Assembly (NCBI GenBank): GCA_002269645.1
Contig: NIVC01000755.1
Coordinates: forward strand, 186,001 to 250,000
Origin: Macrostomum lignano
Taxonomy: Eukaryota
Length of the DNA: 64,000 nucleotides
Reading direction: 5' to 3'
This document shows positions 25,996 to 36,430 of the stretch, in pieces (position 1 is the stretch's first letter; every line of letters starts with the position of its first letter). Both the position numbers and the translations under genes were made by a program. The notes under the pieces are model-generated. The model did not search any database, had not been told where the DNA came from, and saw nothing but the letters and a program-made list of their open reading frames with translations.

Positions 25996-26114
25996 GGCAA
26001 CGGCCATACCACGTTGAAAACACCGGTTCTCGTCTGATCACCGAAGTTAAGCAACGTTGGGTTTGGTTAGTACTTGGATGGGTGACCGCCTGGGAATACC
26101 AAATGCTGTTGTCT
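25996..26114 (+). rRNA. 5S rRNA gene
   Basis: Same sequence as 21098-21216. Confidence 0.98.
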
Positions 26115-26605
26115 TTTTTGCCTCTTTAACTGCATGCCGCGCGCTCATCAACTAACTCCAGCTGCTGCTACTGCATTAATACTTAGGCCCAGGCCCACCA
26201 ATCCGCCCGCGCCCGCCAACCGGATGCTGCTTGAATTTTTACCATACGGCATAGGTCTGCTGATTCCTTTCGAGTTCCACTCCACTCACTCCATCAAGTC
26301 AAGGGATTCGATTCGCGTTTCATATTTTGTATGCGCACTTTGCATTAGCACGCGGCAACGCTAATGCACTTATGAACTGTGTATTAATAGTTTTACGAGT
26401 ATCTCCATCTCTCACATGGCAATTTTACTTGATTTATAGCAGCAATCAATTAATCAATCAATTAGGCGGCGCGTTTGTGTGCACACTTTCTAAACATGTC
26501 GGCTAAAAGAAAGAAATACTTTTTCGCGCAGCTCTTTTCAAGCTTTAGTGCACAATAGTGCACAACAACTGGTTCCAGCATGCGAACTGTTTGCTTTGCC
26601 TTATC

Positions 26606-27092
26606 TTCTTGTTGTTAAACCGGGGACGGGAAGCTGTGGCTGCCGCTGGATGACGGGGGCCTATCTTCGAGGGGCATAAATCCCGAGCGGCTCAGGTTTG
26701 GACCAGGATTCATGGCCTGGAAAAGTACTCTTTTGGGCGCTACTAACTCAATATCCATGGACTAAGACGCCGCCGACCCATAGTGGAATCAGGAACGGTG
26801 CTAGGACCGAGTCTACCCAAGCCAGGTGATTTTTTTACGGGGGGATACACCAAGTTAAAAGTGCTATGTCAGAGTCACATGGTAGCATGTATAGCAACAA
26901 AGGGCAACAAAAAAGTTTTGGTCAGGCTCTTCGGGGGGATATTCCCCCTATCCCCCGCCCTCCCTACGCCCCTGGAAAATACCCGAGTGTGCGCGCGAAA
27001 AAATTTAGAAAAATTTTGGAAAAGCGGTCCGAGAGTGGGATTACCAAAGGTCTACGGAATGAGTGGAGAGTCTGGGCAAACTTATTCACCAA
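26606..27092 (-). mobile_element. Diverged relative of the SL-inserted element (3' portion)
   Basis: Shares the GTTTAACAACAA end and internal blocks, e.g. GTGGAATCAGG(G/A)ACGGTGCTAGGACCGAGTC and GGAGAGTCTGGGCA, with the reverse complement of 19780-20156. Confidence 0.75.
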
Positions 27093-28866
27093 GTCAAATG
27101 TTTTATATGGGTTTCCCCTCTCTCTCTCTGACAATGTCTACAATCGTCGATGCTTCTGGTGAATTAAATAAGTCGAAGGTTCGGTAGGTTTCTTTCGATC
27201 CAACCCTTAACAAAGATGTTTATTTCTTTCTGCGAGCGTAGTTTCTGATGGTTGCAATTTCTGACAGGATATTGATCACGCAAATTTGTTAAGCAATTCA
27301 GTGAAAATGCGGCCACAGGTTAGTTATCGATACTGTTGCGCGAATTGACGTTTGTCCAGATTTATCTTATCTTTTTGCTATCTATTAGAGAGATAGAAAT
27401 CTCTCTTTGTTAGATCGGAATATTAGAGTTCAGGCTCGATTGTTGAGGCAAGCTAGCGGAGCAGTTGAGGAGGCGAAGAGGCGGAGAGCCGAGGGCGGCG
27501 AGGGGAGGGGACAATGGGAACCGGCTTCATTCTCACTGAATGCTAGTATATATATGATTTCTATAACACATTTCATTGGTGTTCGCTTCACGCAATAGCA
27601 TCTTTACTACCGGACCGCACAAGCATGTGCTGTACTTTCCTGATAGAAAAACCTTCTGAAGTTCGCATTAGACTAAAAAATAACATTGGGCATAACATGC
27701 TTTAAAGATCACTTCACTCACTTGTGAGAAGTGTGATGATGGGATCTTCATCTAACTCCCTAACGCTGTCGAGACATAGCACATCACGAGTCAGATGCGC
27801 TGCAGGTTTCTGTGAATCAACTCAGATTTGTAAGGCTGCAAATCTCCGGAAGCATTCACATGAAAAGTAGGTGATTCCTGCTGAGTAGGCTTGTCTATCA
27901 TTAAAATGGCACTGTCGCTCTGGCAGTTTTGAAGCTTTGACGGGCAACCAAGCAGTTTGGTTCACAGCCAACGAGCGAAATGCTGCAACAGCATCCCAGT
28001 ATTCGGGGCAGTCATTGAATCCTCTGCGACATCGAATGCAGGAAAAACCGTTTTCGACATGGTCTTGTGTGAAGCTCATGAAGAGGACCGTGTCGTGCAC
28101 GCCTGTTCTGATCAGACTCTGAAACAGGCTTCAAGGATTGCAGGCTGACTTGTCAGCCCTCGTGAAAGCTCAGTCCGTTGAAAACTTTGCCATCGCGTTT
28201 AAGGAACTTTAACTTTCCAAGCCAATCAATCCATCCGTCGATTTCCTTCAGTCTGTCATTCAAATTATCAGCAGCAATGGAATTGTATTATGTCGAATCG
28301 TTGGTAAGGTCAAATAATTGATCAGCCATCTTACAAAATTAAGCCGTTCCTAGCACGGTTGGAGATGCCTATATGAACTGCATAGAATGCTGTCATATTT
28401 GCGTAGGGCGTCTGTCTAAATTTGTTCTGTGTAGCCTATAAGAATTATCGTTCCCACGCGAATGATCTTTAGTGTTTAAATAAAAGGACAGACAGTGGAG
28501 GCGCTCGCTTCACATTTCTCTCGCCCGCCTCTGAACCGAGGAATGAGACGGCTCAACACCCAACGCTCGCTGACACTTCCATTGAGTTGGCTCCTGGTCG
28601 CAAACGATTGCAGCCACGTTCAATCCCTCCTTTCAGGATGCCAGACATTCTCCCAGCATTTTCCCAAGCCGCCATGCACCGGCCAGGTGAATGGTGAACC
28701 AGAAAATGTCCAATAGGCTGTATCCATTTCGAAAAACACCCTTTAGTCACACTGCAACGAATTCATTTGCCACGAAATGAGTTTTGCCACCGGAATCGGT
28801 GCCACAGTCCTCAAAGCCAACAATCGAATCCCAATAATGCAAAGCAGCAGAGGCCACGATGCCATC

Positions 28867-30567
28867 GGGTCTACGACAATTGACTGCCACTATTTGACTG
28901 CCGACAAAATGACTGCCGACAATTTGACTGCCGGCAATTTGACTGCCAACAATTTGACTGCTGCAAAATGCAAAATGAATGCGGAAGGCCTTTTAATTTC
29001 AATAGATGGAATGGCAGCGAAGAGTTTTGTGCTGCTTTGCGCATATATTTATATTTACAACGAACTGCGCGAGATTCATGAGGGGCCAGGGGAGGTGCGA
29101 ACAGGTGGTGTGGCGTGATAGGTTACGCCAACCCCCTTGGCTTAGCGAGCCGGCTAACTTGGTGCGCAACCACCCCACCTCAGCTAGACAGAGGTTGGGG
29201 GGTTTCCAGTGCGGCTGCACTGGTGCTGCCGGTCGCGTAGTCTGGCCGCCACACTGCCGACAAAATGACTGCCGACAATTTAACTGCCGACAATTTGACT
29301 GCCAACAATTTGACTGCTGACAAAATGATTGCGGCAATTTGACTGCCAGCAAAATGACTGCCAGCAAAATGACTGCCAGCAAAATGACTGCCAAAATGAC
29401 TGCCTAAAAAACTCTCCAGTCTCTTTATTCATGATCGTATTTATGCAAGGCTAGCAAGGCTTTTTACAATGAACAAAAATGCAAGCTACATTTGGCTTTC
29501 AACAATACTTGCATGTATATCTACTAATGTTCAAACGGATCCTCCACATGTACCAGCGTAGCTGTGTTCAATGAATGCTGCTTATAGAGCTAGCCGTGCG
29601 CTAGCGTATCACTAACTTTAGCTTTGATTAGGCCTAATAAAGCTTTTCTGATAGGAGGAGTATGTGGCATTTTTTTAATTTGAAAGAATCAATAAGATTA
29701 AAATATGAGATTAATATGACATGGGAGAAAGAAAACCCTATAAACAGCATTGATTGAACACAGCTACATGTAAAAGATCAGTTTGACCATTAGTATAGCA
29801 ATCTTGCGACCCCTTCGGGGCGGCCAATAAGCAAGAGACGAAAATTATAAATGTGTATCCTATTTGTCTTGACATCTCAGAAATTTCCCGTTGTAAGCCT
29901 TGTCATCTTAGCAATTCCCCAGTAAGCATTGAGATCTCAGCAATTCCCCCAGTAAGCCTCAAAATCACAGCAATCGCCCCCGTAAGCCTTAACATCCCAA
30001 GACGTAAACATTTTTAAATGACGCTTCCTTTATATTTTAGGTTACGTTTCTTATATGTGCAACCTTACGCTGCTTTTATGTTTGATGAATTTTCTTTTGT
30101 TTTACATGACGGCTTTTATGTTTGACATGACTTTGCTTCTCTTTTTTGATATGACGCTTCTTTTACTAGTAGATAAACATGCACGTATTGTTGAAAGCCA
30201 ATGTAGCTTCCATTTTTGCTCATGTAAAAAGCCTTGCTAGCCTTGCATAAATACGATCATTAATAAAGAGACTGGAGTGTTTTTAGGCAGTCATTTTGCT
30301 GGCAGTCAAGTTGCCGCAGTCATTTTTTCGGCAGTAAAATTGTCGGCAGTCAAATTCACCGCAGTCATTTTGTCCGCAGTTATTTTGTGTGCAGTCATTT
30401 TGTCCGCAGTCAAATTGCTCGGCAGTCAAATTGCTCGGCAGTCAAATTGCTCGGCAGTCAAATTGCTCGGCAGTCAAATTGCTCGGCAGTCAAATTGCTC
30501 GGCAGTCAAATTGTCCGCAGTTAAAATTGACCGCAGTCAAATTGTGGCAGTCAATTGTCGTGCACCC
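28867..30567. mobile_element. Foldback (Mutator-like) non-autonomous element with minisatellite-built inverted arms
   Basis: Termini GGGT(CT/GC)ACGACAATTGACTGCCAC are inverted. ATGCCATC is duplicated at 28859-28866 and 30569-30576 (9 bp with 1 mismatch). Inner inverted arms are 29390-29526 and 30167-30298. Confidence 0.8.
29796..30165 (+). mobile_element. 5' fragment of a Helentron-like element nested in the foldback loop
   Basis: TAGCAATCTTGCGACCCCTTCGGGG start and CCTTGACATCTCAG-type repeats resembling 5520-6350. Confidence 0.45.
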
Positions 30568-32048
30568 CATGCCATCGATACTAAGTGTGCAAGTTTTTTC
30601 CGCTGGCGTCATTGACCTCGCGATGGAAGTAGCATGCTGAGCTGATTCTATCACAGGAAAACACCCGGCTGTCGCATACAGTTTCCGATGCTTCTGTGTA
30701 CTGTCGATCTAGACGGCAAGCAAAATCCCATGCTCCGCAGGTAGCAGTGGCATCGAGGACTGTAGTGAATTATCTCAGTGGCAAATTAAATGAAATTACA
30801 CGTCCTGCAGACAGGTCTAAGTCTCTTTAAATAATTCAAAATTAGATCTTGAATAACAGCACGAGCAGTTGGATTCAGTTTTTTTCAGGAAATTACAAAA
30901 GCATTTTGATGCGAAGCGGCTGCAGCGAAAAGCTGCTTCCAATGTTGAATTCTTAGACTTGACAGAAATTATCTGGCGTTTCAGCCTCGCCACTTGACTT
31001 CTAAGCACCATCCAGCTTCCGATTCAGTTCTTGCCTTGTTGCAGCTTTCTTCCTCTTGGTTGAGGATCGTGAAGATCAGAAGCAGGACTGCAAGGATCTG
31101 GCTGTGCCTCAGTCGACACGCTTCAAACTAACAGTGGCTTTCGGTGTCGTTCAGCAGGAACGTCCAATGTAAAGGTTCACTGTAGGATATGCACTGTTTC
31201 AAAGGCGCGTTCCCGGCTCGTGACGTTGATTTTGACAGGGTGTACATCTCATCCCTGATGCATGTGTAAGCTGCCACAACCGCTCTACCATTAGTGTTTG
31301 TTTGATTTTCCCAGAAGGTCAGCTCGAAACAATCGGCAAGCCCTGCAGTCTTCGCACCTGGAAGATGTCAGAGAGATTGAACACTGAAACGATTTCAAAA
31401 TCGAATAAGAAAAATCACACCACGAGACATTAACTTAACGATGTACTGTTCTGATCTGAAACTACATACCTCGTACTGTCTCCAGAAGGAAATGCATAGA
31501 AGCACGCCAAAGGCGGTCACTTGTAAGGCTTAGGAATTGCAGCCGTAAGCTGCGTACTGGGCTTGTGATTTTGTCAATTATTACTGCTTGCACTGCTTTT
31601 CGCCGTGAATAAAAGAATGTGCATGGCTCTTTGCTGATCTATGATTAACTCAAAAACACAAAGTAAAAATCAAAAGCCCATGCGAGTGATATAGTTTATG
31701 GTGATTATTCTACTCCCTACTGCTTTCCCACAGTTTCACAGAAATAGTAGCTTTCTACTCAGAAATACAGAAATAATTTTGCGTTGAGATTTGTTTTGCT
31801 TCAGTGGCTGAATGTAGGATTCATACATCGATTTTGCGTGCTTAAATGGTCTATGCACGAGTGCGCGCAGCGCACGAGTGCCATAGACCATTTAAGCACA
31901 AAAAATCGATGTATGAGTTGCATTGTATTACGTTGGCTTAATACTTTAGATGGCGCGTTAGATGCACGCTCAGTAAATTTGTCTTAACTATAGACAAAAA
32001 TGCGTGAAAGGCACGCAAGTTGATTGAGTGTTGCGAAGAAGGGAATAA

Positions 32049-32348
32049 GATATCTGCAAAGTCACTGGCCATAAGCAGACGCGAACTGTAGAACGCTACT
32101 TACGCATTGGCTCCAGAAGGGACGGCGAAATGCGAGACATGTCGGTCAGCTTGGCTTCTGCACTACACAAGGATGATTCCATGCAAGACGTGATTATGAA
32201 AGACTCTTCTACCGTCATGAGCCAGTCACTGATTATTTCTGACACGTCGGACGTTGCTGGTGGGACGCCAAGTGATGACGCCAAGAAGAAACCAACTGTG
32301 GTTTATAACTTCTACAACACTGTCAACAACTGCACGTTCAATTCTTAG
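32049..32348 (+). pseudogene. C-terminal fragment of a Crypton-like tyrosine recombinase
   Basis: Open frame DICKVTGHKQTRTVERYLR...MS..L...VNNCTFNS. TGH followed 9 residues later by Y fits the YR catalytic H/Y. The N-terminal part is absent. Confidence 0.6.
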
Positions 32349-35300
32349 AGTGAGTAATAACAATGAGTAATAATTTTCCCACACTGAACTTCCAAATGCT
32401 GAACGCCTTCATTCTCATTACCTTTCCCTGTCAATGATAGGTAATCGTCTACGCAGTCTACCTTGTTTACACAGTTCCCTGTTATTCGTTCGTTGTACTT
32501 GTAGCAGAAGTATACTTATTAAAATATACTCACTTTCCGTGCATTACACGCACGCGTTAGACGCACGCTTGTTGCTTTTACTCAGATAGAAAATTGCCAT
32601 AGACACCTACATTAGACGCACAGTAAATCGTGCATCTAACGCGCGCCAGCGTGATACAATGAGCATTCTGTGGTATTCTTTGGAAATAATTGCCATGCAA
32701 ATATAAGAAGAAAGCCGAAATAATGTTCCTATATGTCCCATATACCTCTTAAGTGGGTAGCGTCGTTGATAATGCCTACGCACGCTCGTGCTTTGGCCAT
32801 TATCAAGTTAAACTCAAACACTTGTAATTTTCCAGTTTACTAAGTTTTCAATGTTATTGTTGAATTGATTCTTTATATTGACTGTGTGGGTAAAATTAAA
32901 TATAATTATGCAATCAATTGGACAGGTCTGCACTTTTGCGCCAAGTGCTTGTTAAAGACAACTAAATTGTTTTATCGCTTTCAATATTATCGTGGTTAGG
33001 TTTAAATTTTTGCTTTATCGAGTCTAGTTAATTAGCACTTAATTAGTATTTAATTAGTTTCCTATCTAATACCTATTTAAATCGTCGTCATTCGCTTAAC
33101 GTAAAGTCCCTTCGAAGTTCGTTTTTGTTCATTTTTCTTTCGTTTTTACTTTTATTAACTGCAATACTTTTTTTAACTCCTTGCTTTTTCTTTCGCTTCG
33201 TTAGTCGTCCAAGTATCGTTAATAACTTTTCCGCGTTCTTTCAAATACCATTTTGCAAAACTCGTACTAATCATAATTAAATAACTAGTGCTAAAATATT
33301 GTCTCCTATTCCTGAAGCAATCTTAAATACATAGAAATATATTGGCCAAACAGGCTTCTTGCCTGAGCCAACTTACTACTACTACTAGTACCTAGAGATT
33401 CGTCCTCCTCCCTCGTCCCTCCCTCGAACTGTCAACTGTGTACTGATGGAACAGAAACTTAGGCGTTTAGTATCTAAAGAGATTTTTTGTGATGCTTAGT
33501 ATATGTGGAATGTGGACATTTGTGCATATTCTGTTAGGAGTATTCAACCTTTGAGCTTTTTTACATAGGTGTAGGAATTGGAGTCAGTATTACTGGCCGA
33601 ATACTAGACAATGCCCCTCCCCCCAATCGCTAAGAAGATACAATATTTTTACTGTAGGCTATACTGAAAACATAGCTTTGATATTTGCCTTTGACGTATT
33701 CTTTCAAGCATTACCACTTTTTTGAAAGGTTCCTTTGTCCATGCTTGTTTTATTTCAATAGAATTCAAAAAAATAATTTTTATTTTTTAAAAGATCTGCT
33801 AACTCCAATATAAACTATAGATTTTTATGTATAGCACATTGTACCAATTGACTAGATATTTAAAATCTAGCTGATCAGCTAATGTAATATAATCATTAAA
33901 GACAAGTACATTAAATTCATTTTTGACTCGATCCCATTTGCAACACTAATAATATAGCATAAGTACATCTTAAAATTATAAATGATAAAAATATTTTAAT
34001 GCATATATAGTCAGAAAGTTTTATAATATAAAATACAATTTAAACAGTTTTTTACATTCATATTTGTACTTTAATACTAAATGCCATACAAATGCCAAAT
34101 ATTAAGATTAAGAAGGCTTAACTCTGCATTGTTTTAGTTCACCCAGATGTAAAATGGGTGCCAGCATCAGCTGGGGTAATTGAGGGTGTTTGTGGCGACT
34201 CCCCAGTCTTTGGACTGAACAGCCTTTAGATATGCCACACAAATAGCTGTAGCTAAGCTGTTGGTTGCACATCTCCCTAATTAGGTCAGGTATAATCAAT
34301 TATATAATTATATAATATATAATATTAAATATATATCATTAATACTAAAGTACCAAAAGTATACATAGTGTTTCCCAAAAGTTTAATTGAGAATTTTCTA
34401 GAATTAATAATAGTATATTATTATAGTCATTTTTTACTTTTTTATTATTTTATATGATGATAGACCAAGGTGGCCACAGACCAACGTGGCTACAATGGCT
34501 ACAAAGCAAACCCATTTCTTTTTTGGTTTAGAAAGATGAGAAGGATAGGATATAGGAATGGAAGCTCTCTTATTAATCCCCTCTACCTCAATCTCCCTAC
34601 CTTATTTGCCAAAATATCTAGTATTAGATAGCTTTTGAATGGTAACTAATATATAACTGGCTATTTAGCTATATATATAACTGGCAATTATAATTAATTA
34701 TAGTCAAAATTATAGTTGAGACCAAAGAGATATACACAATGGTCTTCTCTATATCCTAGTAGCTAGAAATAGCCAATAGCAATTAAAAGAAGTTCAAATC
34801 TATTTCTCATTGCACAAGCCAATTAGAGCTATGGCCACCTTTAGTATGTGGCCACTTTAGACATGCATTTTTTATTGCTAGTACTTTTGAAGGCTTAATG
34901 CTGCTCAAGTAAATTAAAATTTTGGAAATATATACCTATTTATAAAATTTTTATTGATTGCCTATGCAAGTGTAATGTACTCATTTATTTAAGATTTAGT
35001 ATTTGAATTGTCTAGAATCTTTTTGTATAATTAGACAAATGTTTTTATGTCAGAGGTTGGCAAAGAAATTGGCATACTTTGTGTATATAAAAAATTAGCT
35101 ATATGCTGTTTATATTAGCAAAATTATGTTAATTGTATTTTAAATTAAAAGTTCATATTGACATGTTTTTATAGGCTAGTATAGAGAAAATTCTTATCTA
35201 TGAATTATAGCAAGTGTATGTATACACTTGTCTTTAAGAATTATTTCTTTTATAAGTTCTCTGATTTCTTTGTTTGTATGAATAGTAGGCATAAATTTTA

Positions 35301-35596
35301 AGTTGGCATATGTGGCATAAAGTTCAGGAGTGCTAAAACTTCTACCAATCAGCATAATCTGGACTATGGTTAGTTTTCGCATTTAAGCATTATTAATACC
35401 CTTGGTGCAATTCCTAAATTCTATATAGTTTTATATCAAAGTCTGTTAATAAGCCTTCAAATATCATTTTGAATTGAACTTTTTGTATCTTGGATTTCTT
35501 TCTGAAATTTTTTATGCAACAGCCAAATGGTTTATGGACCACTGACCATGGCCACGACTGGAAATTTTCAGGCCAGCACAACAAATCTGACATCGC

Positions 35597-35937
35597 ATGC
35601 GCGCTGAAGTGGACCAGCAGCAGCCGCGCCTGCCGCACATCAATGGCAACGGAGTTGGCGCCCGAGCTGTCACATTTCCTGTCCAGGCATCACGGGGTGG
35701 CTCTAAGGAACAGATGGCGCTGACACTGCCCCCCGTGTCGACCTCTGCTGGTGGCAGTGGCAGCGGCGGTGGCCGAGCATCAAGCAGTGCATCTGCTAAT
35801 GGCAAAGGCGGCGGGGGCAGCGCCAATGGCATCCTGGGTGCTTTCGCCGCCAAAGCGGGCCAGTCTGTGAGCCCAGAGACAGCAATGAAGCTCTACATGC
35901 ACCGGCTCAGCGACTATGAACACCAGGAGATTCTCGA
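35597..35937 (+). CDS. DYRK2: DYRK2/3-type kinase, coding exon 1
   Basis: [22 protein letters not shown] matches the DYRK2 N-terminal region; GT donor at 35938. The whole CDS (5 exons, 1533 nt, 510 aa) is phase-consistent. Confidence 0.85.
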
Positions 35938-35939
35938 GT

Positions 35940-36200
35940 GAGATACCTCACTCCCCACCCACCTCACGCCCCACCCATTTCACTCACCACCCACCTCACT
36001 CCCCACCCACCTCACTCCCCACCCACCTCACTCCCCACCCACTCCACTCCTCACCCACCTCACTCCCCACCCACTTCACTTCCCACCCACTCCACTTCCC
36101 ACCCACTTCACTCCCCACCCACCTCACCCCCACCCACCTCACTCCCCACCCACCTCACTCCCCACCCACCTCACTTCCCACCCACCTCACTCCCCGGCCC
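35940..36200. repeat. C/A-rich ~16-bp minisatellite in DYRK intron 1
   Basis: (CCCCACCCACCTCACT)n. Confidence 0.9.
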
Positions 36201-36275
36201 ACATAACTTTCTTTTTACTCTGCTACTCCACATCGCGCCCCAAACCGCAATCCCGCACATCTGTCCACCACGCAG

Positions 36276-36430
36276 CTACCCAGAGATCTACTTTGTCGGG
36301 CCGAACGTGAAAAAGCGGCAGGCGATGCCCGGCGGGCCGAACAACTGCGGCTTCGACGACGAGCAGGGCTCCTACCAGCACGTTGCGCACGACCACATCG
36401 CATATCGGTACGAGGTGCTCAAAATCATAG
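36276..36430 (+). CDS. DYRK2: DYRK2/3-type kinase, exon 2 (DH-box region)
   Basis: YPEIYFVG...[27 protein letters not shown]; CAG acceptor and GTGAG donor. Confidence 0.95.

Larger units (their letters stand above)
18473..26545 (+). repeat. Tandem 5S rRNA / SL RNA array, unit 1633 bp
   Basis: 5S starts at 21098, 22731, 24363, 25996. SL starts at 21785, 23418, 25050. Units are nearly identical. Confidence 0.97.
27800..31400 (-). pseudogene. P-element/THAP9-type transposase pseudogene, split by a foldback element
   Basis: Motifs read in order on the minus strand: degenerate THAP (RADLLGKS...SLH...AYPTV), YLRSMGFCLPSRSTV (30700-30744), CTLSIDG, DSIVGFEDCG (28801-28830), KWIQPIGHF, AIVCDQ (28594-28611), CKMADQLFDL, QDHVENGFSCIR. 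Many stops and frameshifts. Confidence 0.8.

Noticed and set aside
20422-26364. Repeated 70-91-aa ORFs in the 1633-bp unit
   Set aside because: Identical because the unit is repeated; they overlap 5S and the MITE and have no protein motifs.
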